Positions 27,734 through 36,880 of a stretch of 64,000 nt of DNA are shown here, one piece after another. The DNA lies in contig OY762721.1 in NCBI GenBank assembly GCA_963666345.1, positions 512,001-576,000 on the forward strand, given 5' to 3'. The translations under genes were made by a program, and so were the position numbers. Each line of letters begins with the position of its first letter. The stretch's first letter is position 1. The notes beneath the pieces were generated by a model that saw nothing but the letters and a program-made list of their open reading frames with translations, was not told where the DNA came from and made no database searches. This DNA is from Desulfatiglandales bacterium (GTDB taxonomy: Bacteria; Desulfobacterota; DSM-4660; Desulfatiglandales; Desulfatiglandaceae).

Positions 27734-29815
27734 CTATATCGAAAACCTGGAAAAATCCGCAACCGCGATGAAGATGCGCCGCAGGCGCTGCAACATGCCT
27801 ATCCTGTTGTTTCTCAGGGCTTCGCTCTCTTTTGTGAGGATCTCCACCCCCTCAAAAAAATCATCTACAGGGCCGACAAGTCCCGTCATCAGGTTCATGG
27901 CCTCGAGATAACCGCCTCTTTCGGCAAAGGCAAACAGCTCCGGCTCCATGCCTTTACAGGCCTCGAACAGGGCGGTTTCGCACTCGTGCCTGAAAAGAGA
28001 AGGATCAACCTCATAAGAGCCCTTCTCCTTTTTGAGCATATTGGTGATCCTTTTCGAGGTAAGCGCGATATCCTGAAATCTGTCCGATTCGGCTGAAAAT
28101 CTTCCCAGATCCCCCACCTTTTTTCTCAGCCGCCCCAGTCTGTCGAAATCAACGGATATCACCGCCTCCAAAACATCGGAGTCATACCCGGACCTCAACA
28201 TCATCTGCCTGTACCGCTCCCTCATGAATTCGACAATTCGATGAAGCACCTGTGAGGAATCAAACTCCAGTTTCTCTTTCAGAAGATCGAGACAACTTTC
28301 GAAGGTCTCTGTCAAAGATATATCCCAGCCCCTCGCCTCCAGTATCCTTATCACGGCAAGTGCGTGCCTTCTGAGGGCAAAGGGGTCGGCGCTCCCGGTA
28401 GGTTCAAGACCTATGGCGAAATACCCCGCTATGGTGTCCATGCGGTCGGCTATTCCCACCACAGCCCCGATATCCGTCAAAGGAAGTTCGCCTCCCGCCC
28501 TCAGGGGCCGGTAATGATCCTCTATGGCCTGGCAGACATCCTCTTTGTGCCCGTCCATCCTGGCGTATTCTTTTCCCATTATCCCCTGAAGAGAGGGGAA
28601 CTCCCCTACCATCTGCGTTATCAGATCGCACTTGCACAGCTCAGCCGCGACAGCTGCATCCTCAGCCTTTTCCGGGATAAGAACTCCCGCAAGCCTTACG
28701 GCCAGGTTCCTGAAACGCATAACCTTGGCGTATGACGTGCCCAGTTCGGCCTGGTATATTACACCCTTAAGCGCCTCTTTTCTTTCGGCAAGCGGGGTCT
28801 TTGCATCCTCCTTGAAGAAAAAATCCGCGTCGGACAGCCTTGCCCTCAGCACCCTTTCGTGCCCTCTGGTCACGATCGATTCATCCCTGGTCCCGGTGTT
28901 GTTCACAGCCACAAAGTGGGGCATCAATTCACCCTCGCCGCTGTATATGGCAAAGTATTTCTGATGCTCTCTCATGGCGGTGATAAGGACCTTTTCCGGC
29001 AGGGCCAGAAAATTTTCCTCAAATGAACCGCACACAGCCGAAGGAAACTCGACAAGGTTGGCAACGGTTGAAACCAGTTCCGGGTCCTCGGAAGGCGCCC
29101 CCCCTACCCTCCCGGCGGCCTCAAAGGCCTGTTTTTCGACCAGGGCTTCCCTTTCATCCGGTTCAATTATGACGAATGAGTCCCTCATCCTGCGCCGGTA
29201 ATCCTCAAAGCAGGTCACATCCATCCCGCCGGGTGACATAAAGCGATGACCGAAAGTCCGGCAGCCCGCTTTAACCGCCGCAAACTCAAACGGGATTACT
29301 TCTCCCTCCATAAGGGCGACAATCCAGTGAATCGGTCTTGCAAAGGCAACTCCTACGTCGCCCCAGCGCATCGATTTGGGCCAGGGGACGGCGGATATCA
29401 TCTGAGGCAGGGCTTCGGAAAGTATTTCCCGGGCCTTTCTGCCCGGGATCGTCTGCTTGCAGTAGAGATATTCGCCCTTTTCCGTCCGGATGCAGGTAAG
29501 ATCCGAGACATCAAGCCCCTGTTTCTTCGCAAATCCGTGCGCGGCCCTGGTGGGATTTCCCTCATCATCGTAGGCGACCTTTTTTGGCGGGCCGGTAATC
29601 TCCTGAACCATGTCTTCCTGTTTTTCGGGAACCCCCTCGCATACAAGCACGAGCCTCCTTGGGGTTCCATAGACCTTTGCCCCCCCTTGGGCCATCAGAC
29701 GGTTTTCCTTCAAGGTGCCCTCGGCAAGACGCATCAGCTCCATGAGGCCCTTTTTGATATACCCGGAAGGAATCTCTTCGGTTCCGATCTCTAAAAAAAG
29801 TTCAGCCACTTCCAA
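27734..29815 (-). CDS. glyS: Glycyl-tRNA synthetase beta subunit
   Basis: LEIGTEEIP, TPRRL, KSMRWG...FARPIHW, MVGEFPSLQG, PTGSADPFALRR. Confidence 0.96.
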   Translation of the reverse strand: MEVAELFLEIGTEEIPSGYIKKGLMELMRLAEGTLKENRLMAQGGAKVYGTPRRLVLVCEGVPEKQEDMVQEITGPPKKVAYDDEGNPTRAAHGFAKKQGLDVSDLTCIRTEKGEYLYCKQTIPGRKAREILSEALPQMISAVPWPKSMRWGDVGVAFARPIHWIVALMEGEVIPFEFAAVKAGCRTFGHRFMSPGGMDVTCFEDYRRRMRDSFVIIEPDEREALVEKQAFEAAGRVGGAPSEDPELVSTVANLVEFPSAVCGSFEENFLALPEKVLITAMREHQKYFAIYSGEGELMPHFVAVNNTGTRDESIVTRGHERVLRARLSDADFFFKEDAKTPLAERKEALKGVIYQAELGTSYAKVMRFRNLAVRLAGVLIPEKAEDAAVAAELCKCDLITQMVGEFPSLQGIMGKEYARMDGHKEDVCQAIEDHYRPLRAGGELPLTDIGAVVGIADRMDTIAGYFAIGLEPTGSADPFALRRHALAVIRILEARGWDISLTETFESCLDLLKEKLEFDSSQVLHRIVEFMRERYRQMMLRSGYDSDVLEAVISVDFDRLGRLRKKVGDLGRFSAESDRFQDIALTSKRITNMLKKEKGSYEVDPSLFRHECETALFEACKGMEPELFAFAERGGYLEAMNLMTGLVGPVDDFFEGVEILTKESEALRNNRIGMLQRLRRIFIAVADFSRFSI

Positions 29816-29964
29816 CCCCTGTTATCCGTTCAATGTCCGTTAATCGTTCCTGATCCGCCGGCAAATTAACATCCGCGGCGTATCAGATAATACCCCTCAC
29901 CCTTCGCTCCTCCGGGCCTTGCATCTCACCTTGCCGGTGTCCGGGACCCGCAATACCATGCCGC

Positions 29965-30834
29965 TTAATTCCTCAAAAGAGGATGTCCCATCTCCTGTCT
30001 CTGGGCCACGTAATTTCTGGAGGCGACCCTGGCAAGGTTTCTTATCCTCTCGATATAGTGGGTCCTTTCCGATACGCTTATCGCGCCCCTTGCATCCAGT
30101 ATATTAAAGGCATGGGAACACTTGAGGCAGTAATCATAGGCAGGCAGCACCAGCCCCTTTTCCGCGGTCCTGAGAGACTCAATTTCATACATCTCAAACA
30201 TCTTTACAAGCATTTTCACATCGGCTATTTCAAAATTATATTTGGAAAGCTCCCATTCCCCCTTTTTGTGGACATCCCCGTAGGTTATGCTGTCGTTCCA
30301 CATCAGGTCATACACATCCTCTTTTTCCTGAAGATACATGGCGATCCTCTCCAGGCCATAGGTGATCTCTACTGAAATCGGATCAAGCCTTATGCTTCCC
30401 GCCTGCTGAAAATAGGTAAACTGGGTTATTTCCATTCCGTCAAGCCACACCTCCCATCCGAGTCCGGAGGCCCCCAGGGTGGGGGACTCCCAGTCGTCCT
30501 CCACGAACCTTATGTCGTGATCCATCGGATCTACACCAAGGACCTTTAGACTTCCAAGATACAGATCCTGCACATCGAGCGGCGAGGGCTTGATAATGAC
30601 CTGGTATTGATAGTAGTGACCCAGCCGGTTGGGGTTTTCTCCGTATCTCCCGTCGGTCGGTCTTCTTGACGGTTCCACATAGGCAACCGACCATGGTTCG
30701 GGGCCCAGGACCCTGAGAAGGGTCGCGGGGTTGAAGGTGCCCGCCCCCACCTCGATATCATAGGGCTGCTGGATCACGCATCCGTAATCCGCCCAGTATC
30801 TTCCAAGTGTGAATATGAGTTCTTGAAAATTCAT
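29965..30834 (-). CDS. glyQ: Glycyl-tRNA synthetase alpha subunit
   Basis: [36 protein letters not shown]. Confidence 0.97.
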   Translation of the reverse strand: MNFQELIFTLGRYWADYGCVIQQPYDIEVGAGTFNPATLLRVLGPEPWSVAYVEPSRRPTDGRYGENPNRLGHYYQYQVIIKPSPLDVQDLYLGSLKVLGVDPMDHDIRFVEDDWESPTLGASGLGWEVWLDGMEITQFTYFQQAGSIRLDPISVEITYGLERIAMYLQEKEDVYDLMWNDSITYGDVHKKGEWELSKYNFEIADVKMLVKMFEMYEIESLRTAEKGLVLPAYDYCLKCSHAFNILDARGAISVSERTHYIERIRNLARVASRNYVAQRQEMGHPLLRN

Positions 30835-31130
30835 TGTTCCCTCCCGAGGCCTTGATCGGCAAGGCCGAAAACGTTCATTTCAGAATCGAAGAACATTATC
30901 ACCGGCGCCTGTTACTGTCAAGAAACCCGAATGCGCTTTAACCATTTGCCTCTTAAAACCTTGAACCCTGCATAGGCAGCGGCGGAAACATGCCGATCGC
31001 TTATAAATAATCATTTACCTGATAATCTCACAGCGGGTTACCCCGGTGCCCGGGCCATTTTTACATTTGAAATATGCCTGTGGTAATGATATTTCAGTTA
31101 TAAACCTGTCAACAAAAAAGAAAGACTCCT

Positions 31131-31784
31131 ATGATCAGAAAAATCGACTACCGCCTTGCAAGGGAGAGGATGGTAAAGACCCAGCTCATACCGAGAGGCA
31201 TCAAAGACCCCCTTGTGCTTCAGGCCATGAACAAGATCCCCAGAGACCGTTTTGTAGAAGAGGCCCTTGTTGGAGAAGCGTACAACGACCACCCCCTTCC
31301 CATAGGTCATCAGCAAACCATTTCCCAGCCCTACATAGTCGCCCTCATGACCGAAGCGCTGGAACTGACAGGTAAGGAAAAGACCCTGGAGATCGGCACA
31401 GGCAGCGGTTATCAGACCGCCCTGCTTGCCGAGCTTTCCTGGAAGGTTTACACGGTGGAAAGGATACGGGACCTCATGGTGTCGGCCAGGAACACCCTTG
31501 CCGCTCTGGGATATGACAGAATCCTGTTCAAGGCGTATGACGGCACGCTCGGGTGGAAGGAATTTGAGCCCTATGATGCCATTATCGTCACCGCCGGCGC
31601 GCCCGACATACCTCAGCCCCTTGTCGATCAGCTCGCAGAGGGGGGGCGTCTTATTGTCCCAACAGGGGGGAGATTCAGCCAGGAGCTGATAAAACTCACC
31701 AGAAAAAAAGGCGATTTCATAATGGAGAACCTCGGAGGATGCCGCTTCGTGGACCTGATAGGTGTTCACGGGTGGGAGCAATAA
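31131..31784 (+). CDS. pcm: Protein-L-isoaspartate O-methyltransferase
   Basis: QTISQPYIVA, LEIGTGSGYQTA, PYDAIIVTAGA. Confidence 0.95.
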   Translation: MIRKIDYRLARERMVKTQLIPRGIKDPLVLQAMNKIPRDRFVEEALVGEAYNDHPLPIGHQQTISQPYIVALMTEALELTGKEKTLEIGTGSGYQTALLAELSWKVYTVERIRDLMVSARNTLAALGYDRILFKAYDGTLGWKEFEPYDAIIVTAGAPDIPQPLVDQLAEGGRLIVPTGGRFSQELIKLTRKKGDFIMENLGGCRFVDLIGVHGWEQ

Positions 31785-32086
31785 TGGGTTCAAGGGCTGA
31801 ACGGACACGACGTAAAAGATCGACAAAGCTCGCCCCTGCTGAATACTTAAGAAACCGGATCAGCATGTCTGTTTTCAATCACGGCCCTGCACAAATCATT
31901 AAAAACCTGTTGTTTGGCCCTTTTTTTTGAACAAAAAAAAATAAGTTTGAATAATATATCAATTATGATATCATTCGGTGCTTAATATTTGGCAGGTTTC
32001 CGGTTCTTTTTTATAATTCTCGTGTAACCATATTTATTAAAATAATTGGCTAACTGATAGACAACAAGAAAAGGGAGGCTGGAGAG

Positions 32087-33478
32087 ATGAAAAATTTGCC
32101 CAAGTATCTGTGTATTGCCATGGTGGCGTTTTTTGTATTCGGCAGTAATCCGGTTCAGGCGCAAAGCCTTCAGGATGCTATAAGCCACGTCTTGCAGACA
32201 AATCCTGAAATCAGGGCGAATGCCTACAATCGCCTGGCAAGAGACCAGGAGGTAAAAAAGGCTGAATCCGGGTACTATCCAACCCTGGATGTCTCAGCCG
32301 GACTTGGGGTCAACGAACTGGAACATCCCTTGAGCGATACACTCTATCCAAGATCGACCATCCTGAGCCTCAGGCAGAACATATTCAGTTTCGGCGTCAC
32401 CACCAATGAGGTGCGCAGGCAGAAGTCCAGGGTAAAGTCCCAGGCCTACCTGCTTCAGGCAAATTCGGAATATCTGTCCCTGCAGACGGCCCGAGTCTAC
32501 CTGAACCTCCTTCGCGCCATGGAGCTCCATGAACTTGCCAAGGAAAACCTGGTTAATCACGAAAGAATTTACGACCAGATGAAGTTGCGAAGCAAATCCG
32601 GGGTAGAGCGCAAAGCCGATCTTGACCAGGTCATGGGAAGACTTGCACTGGCCCGGTCCAACATAGTGGTCACTGAGGCCAATATCGAGGACGCAAAAAC
32701 GGATTATCTTGCCGTAGTCGGCATTTACCCTGAGGACCTGGCCAAACCGGACCCGGTTGACCTGGAGTTTCCCAAGACGATGGATGACGCGGTCATGTTC
32801 GCCGTGGAAAACTACCCCCTCATAAAATCGGCCAAAGCCGACCTGGAGGCGAGGGAATTCCAGTTCAAGACCGCGAAGAGCGACGTCTATCCCACCCTCG
32901 ATTTGACTGCCGATTACAAGTGGGAAAACGATGTGGACAACGATGGTTACAGCGAAGAGTTCTCAGCCGCCGCCATAGTAAGATTCAACATATTTAACGG
33001 AGGCTACGACAAGGCACGCATCGCGGAGACGGCTCACCTTATCAAAGAGGCGGAAGAGATATTCAAGAATACGGAGCGGCAGACGGTCCAATCGATTCGA
33101 CTTTCATGGGAAGCATATAACGCGGCTAAAGACAAACTCACCCATCTTGACGACTACGTGGAAGCCACGGGCCTGACAGTAGACGCCTTCTCAAAACAGT
33201 GGATGGTCGGAAGACGCACCATGTTCGACGTCCTCGATACACAGGCCGAATATATCAACGCCAAGTCGGATCTCGTTACCGCCGACTATGACAAGATATA
33301 CTCCGAATACAGGGTTCTGAGCGGCATGGGCCATCTGGTTCACACCCTCGGTCTGGAGTGGCCTGAAGAAAGCACGATAGAAGAAAAGCCGGAATGGAAG
33401 GGGACTGAAATAATGGTTCCCCGCGAGGTGATCGAGAGTCAGAAATTTGTCAAAGGCTGGGCTCTATACGATGAATAG
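32087..33478 (+). CDS. lapE: T1SS outer-membrane TolC (LapE/AggA-like)
   Basis: Signal peptide, YYPTLD, GRRTMFDVLD; adjacent to lapG/lapD. Confidence 0.88.
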   Translation: MKNLPKYLCIAMVAFFVFGSNPVQAQSLQDAISHVLQTNPEIRANAYNRLARDQEVKKAESGYYPTLDVSAGLGVNELEHPLSDTLYPRSTILSLRQNIFSFGVTTNEVRRQKSRVKSQAYLLQANSEYLSLQTARVYLNLLRAMELHELAKENLVNHERIYDQMKLRSKSGVERKADLDQVMGRLALARSNIVVTEANIEDAKTDYLAVVGIYPEDLAKPDPVDLEFPKTMDDAVMFAVENYPLIKSAKADLEAREFQFKTAKSDVYPTLDLTADYKWENDVDNDGYSEEFSAAAIVRFNIFNGGYDKARIAETAHLIKEAEEIFKNTERQTVQSIRLSWEAYNAAKDKLTHLDDYVEATGLTVDAFSKQWMVGRRTMFDVLDTQAEYINAKSDLVTADYDKIYSEYRVLSGMGHLVHTLGLEWPEESTIEEKPEWKGTEIMVPREVIESQKFVKGWALYDE

Positions 33479-33524
33479 GCCTGTTTGAGCTTCCGGCAGT
33501 GCCCTGAGCGCATCCTGTTTGATG

Positions 33525-33556
33525 CGCGGAAGGAAGTCTTTAGGCTTCCTTCCGCG
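33525..33556 (+). terminator. Strong hairpin after lapE
   Basis: CGCGGAAGGAAG-N8-CTTCCTTCCGCG; no clear U tract. Confidence 0.5.
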
Positions 33557-33647
33557 ATGGGGGATCTTTAAGGTTAACATCCCATTTTACTGAGAATATG
33601 ATATCAGCCGGATTATTCCAATGGCACTCAAATGAGGTGCCTTACAG

Positions 33648-34328
33648 ATGATATTAGGCCGTAAAAAAAAAATAGGGCCGATCCCCCTTATTCTTGCATT
33701 ATTGACATGCCTGCTTATTGCCGGGCCCGTCAGTACAAAGGAAACCTTCCATATCAGCCCGGAGCTCCTCAAAAAGGCTGAAGCCAAGTATGGAAAAGAC
33801 GCGGCGGAGCGGTTGGTCAGCTGGGAGAATCTGATCCGAAACGACACCGGCACCACCGATCAGGAAAAACTGAGCAAGGCCAATAAATTTTTCAACGAAA
33901 CCGTTCAGTTCGTAAACGACATAGACCTTTATGGAGTAAAGGATTACTGGGCAACACCGTTTGAGTTTCTTGCCAGGTGCGCGGGTGATTGCGAAGACTT
34001 TGCCATTGCGAAGTTCTTTACCCTTAAGGCGATGGGCATAAAGGAAGAAAAGCTGAACATATCTTATGTCAAGGCACTGCAATACAATATTCACCATATG
34101 GTGCTGACCTATTACAGCAGACCGGGGGCCGAACCCCTGGTTCTCGACAATCTGGTCGACAGTATAAACCGGGCCTCCCAACGCCCGGATCTGATGCCTA
34201 TATTCAGTTTCAACGGTACCGGACTCTGGCTGGCCAAACAGAGGGGGCGCGGGAAACTGACCGGCAGCAGCAGCAGGCTCAAGGCCTGGGGTGCCCTCCT
34301 TCAGAGGATGGCAGGTAACGAACTGTAA
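33648..34328 (+). CDS. lapG: Periplasmic transglutaminase-like cysteine protease (BTLCP)
   Basis: DYWATP, GDCEDFAIAK, HMVL, LDNL (Cys-His-Asp triad). Confidence 0.93.
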   Translation: MILGRKKKIGPIPLILALLTCLLIAGPVSTKETFHISPELLKKAEAKYGKDAAERLVSWENLIRNDTGTTDQEKLSKANKFFNETVQFVNDIDLYGVKDYWATPFEFLARCAGDCEDFAIAKFFTLKAMGIKEEKLNISYVKALQYNIHHMVLTYYSRPGAEPLVLDNLVDSINRASQRPDLMPIFSFNGTGLWLAKQRGRGKLTGSSSRLKAWGALLQRMAGNEL

Positions 34329-34342
34329 AAAAAGGCAAAAAT

Positions 34343-36325
34343 ATGACCCTTTACCGCCAGCTCATAATTTTCACCCTTATTCTTTTTCTGGTTCTTTTTT
34401 CAGGCACATGGTTTGCCAAGCTGAATTCTACCCGTTCATTCTTGACGGATCAGCTCGAAAGCCATGCCCAGGATACCGCGACTTCCCTCGGTCTGTCCAT
34501 TTCTCAATACATCCAGGACATTGAGCAGGACATGCCGATTGCGGAAAGCATGATAAACGCGGTCTTTGACCGTGGATACTACAGGTTCGTCAGGTTCATA
34601 GATACAAAGCAGAAGGTTCTGGTGGAACGCACTCTGGATATCAAAATCGAAAATGTGCCGGAGTGGTTTATCCGGATGTTTCCGCTTAAGACCCCCGAAG
34701 CAAGTTCAAATGTCATGTCAGGGTGGATACAGGCCGGGACTATTTACGTGAAAAGTCACCCCGGTTACGCCTATAAGACCCTGTGGGAAGATACCGTCAG
34801 CATGACCAAATGGTTTATTGCCTGTGGTCTTTTTGTTCTTATAGCGGGGGCGGTCGGGCTTCGTTTTCTGCTCAAGCCTCTCGTGCTGGTTGAACGCCAG
34901 GCGGACGCCCTGTGCAGGAAGGAATACCAGCTGCAGGAACGGATACCATGGACAAAAGAGTTGAGGCGCGTGGTCGAGGCCATGAACCGAATGACCAACA
35001 AAGTAAAAGAGATGTTCGAGGAACAGGTTGTTCACGCGGAAGGACTCAGGGAGCACGCGTACCACGATGATTTGACCGGTTTGGGAAACCGCCGTTACTT
35101 TGCCGGTCAGATAACCGCGCGGCTTGACCGCAGGGACAGCGCCGCAAAAGGAGTCGTACTTCTCATTCAGATACGGGAACTGGAGAAGCTTAACAAGGAA
35201 CGGGGCCTCCAGGCCGGTGACGAACTTCTCAAAAGGGTGGCCTCTTTGATACAGGAATACACCGCCGGATATGCCAATGCAGTGCTCGCCCGTCTTACCG
35301 GGGGGGACTTCGGCATCTATCTCCCCGACACCCCGCCTTTTGAGGCGGAAGACATTGCCGCGGGTCTTGCAGACAGACTCAGCCAGCTTGTGGCGGAAGG
35401 CATAACCATAACGGATAATGTCGGGCATATCGGCGCGTCCACCTATGATGTCTCCACCACACTCGGCAGGCTCCTGTCCGAGGCCGACCTCGCGCTCAGG
35501 ACAGCCATTCAGACCGGGCCCAACGCCTGGAATGTCCACGCAATCACGGGGGAGGCGGCCAAGATGCCGCTCGGGCAGCAGCAGTGGAAGATTTCCCTTG
35601 AAAAGGCGCTTCAAAAACGCAGTATCAGTCTTGATGCCCAACCGGTTGTAGACACCGGGGACAGGGATAAGATCCGTCATCTCGAGATATTTTCCAGGAT
35701 AATCCAGGAAGACGGCAAACCGTTGAGTGCCGGAGTGTTTCTGCCCTTTGCCGAACAGCTGAAGCTGGTTTCCACACTGGATCGCCTGGTGCTTGAACAG
35801 ACGAGGGATCTTGATCCGAAACGGCTGGGCGTGGACAGGGTCGCGGTTAACGTCTCTCCCGCTTCCCTGAGGGAAGACGACTTCAGGCAATGGGTAAAAT
35901 CATTTCTAAAGGATCTTCCGGCGGATGCCCCTCGAATCATATTCGAGTTTACCGAATTCGGGGCGGTGCATAATCTTGACCTGGTAAAGGAATTCAGGGC
36001 CTATGTGCACGACCGGGGGCATTTCATGGGGCTTGATCATTATGGGCAGAGCTTCTCTCATCTGGGTTATCTGCAGTCCCTGCGTCCCGACTATGTAAAG
36101 ATAGACAGGGCCTACACGGGAGAACTCAAGGACAAGGAAAACGACAGCAGATTCTATATAGGCTCACTTTGCAGCGTGGCCCACAGTATAGATATATCGG
36201 TGATTGCCGAAGGCGTGGAAACGGAAACTCAATGGCAGGCACTCAAGGAACTGAATATTGACGCGATTCAGGGTTATCTCATCGACAAACCCAAACCGAT
36301 CTTGGAGATGGGAGAAGACGCCTGA
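34343..36325 (+). CDS. lapD: c-di-GMP receptor LapD (periplasmic-HAMP-degenerate GGDEF-degenerate EAL)
   Basis: MTLYRQL, QLESHAQDTATSLGLS, FDRGYY, GWIQ loop. GGDEF site is RLTGGDF, EAL site is EIF, and DHYG replaces DDFG. Confidence 0.93.
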   Translation: MTLYRQLIIFTLILFLVLFSGTWFAKLNSTRSFLTDQLESHAQDTATSLGLSISQYIQDIEQDMPIAESMINAVFDRGYYRFVRFIDTKQKVLVERTLDIKIENVPEWFIRMFPLKTPEASSNVMSGWIQAGTIYVKSHPGYAYKTLWEDTVSMTKWFIACGLFVLIAGAVGLRFLLKPLVLVERQADALCRKEYQLQERIPWTKELRRVVEAMNRMTNKVKEMFEEQVVHAEGLREHAYHDDLTGLGNRRYFAGQITARLDRRDSAAKGVVLLIQIRELEKLNKERGLQAGDELLKRVASLIQEYTAGYANAVLARLTGGDFGIYLPDTPPFEAEDIAAGLADRLSQLVAEGITITDNVGHIGASTYDVSTTLGRLLSEADLALRTAIQTGPNAWNVHAITGEAAKMPLGQQQWKISLEKALQKRSISLDAQPVVDTGDRDKIRHLEIFSRIIQEDGKPLSAGVFLPFAEQLKLVSTLDRLVLEQTRDLDPKRLGVDRVAVNVSPASLREDDFRQWVKSFLKDLPADAPRIIFEFTEFGAVHNLDLVKEFRAYVHDRGHFMGLDHYGQSFSHLGYLQSLRPDYVKIDRAYTGELKDKENDSRFYIGSLCSVAHSIDISVIAEGVETETQWQALKELNIDAIQGYLIDKPKPILEMGEDA

Positions 36326-36437
36326 GGGTAATAAGGCCCTGTCCGTCAGGGAATGATGCCGGGGGGTTATTTGAAAGGCCACTGTACCTTCATGTCCGGA
36401 ATCAGCGGGACTGAAGGTACGCTTTTTTCAGATGTGT

Positions 36438-36767
36438 CTACAGGATATCATCGACCATCAGATCATTGGAAAACAATTTTTGCCGGAGCTTCTGGCGCTC
36501 CCTTATTCTTTTCTGGGCCTCTTCCGGAAGTTCGGTGAATTGAATGACTTTTTTATCTATCAACAGGTTGATGAGATCCTCAAGTGTGCGTATTACACCG
36601 CTGTCGGAAAGGTTCAGCAATAATCGAAGGTAGGACGCGTCATCGTTTTTATTCAGGAATTCTATTACTTCGTCGTCCACAGCGGACTTGACATCGGCGG
36701 CTTTAGAGCCTTTTATACTGGTCAGAGAAATTATGTTACCATCATTGTCACGTTCTGCGTAAAGCAT
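36438..36767 (-). CDS. Small hypothetical protein of the kind found in Lap/T1SS loci
   Basis: MLYAERDNDGNI...SDSGVIRTLEDLINLLIDKKVIQFTELPEEAQKRI..RQ.LR; AGGAGA RBS. Confidence 0.8.
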   Translation of the reverse strand: MLYAERDNDGNIISLTSIKGSKAADVKSAVDDEVIEFLNKNDDASYLRLLLNLSDSGVIRTLEDLINLLIDKKVIQFTELPEEAQKRIRERQKLRQKLFSNDLMVDDIL

Positions 36768-36880
36768 GGTTTTTCTCCTTTTTTGACAATCGTTTTCTAA
36801 TGCTTTTAACATCATTTTCACGTTATTTTCAATTAAAAAATTTCAAACTTAAAAACTTAGGGAAAGTTTAACTGAATAAA

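Noticed and set aside
31098..31826. 242-aa minus-strand ORF
   Set aside because: Antisense shadow of pcm with no recognisable motifs.
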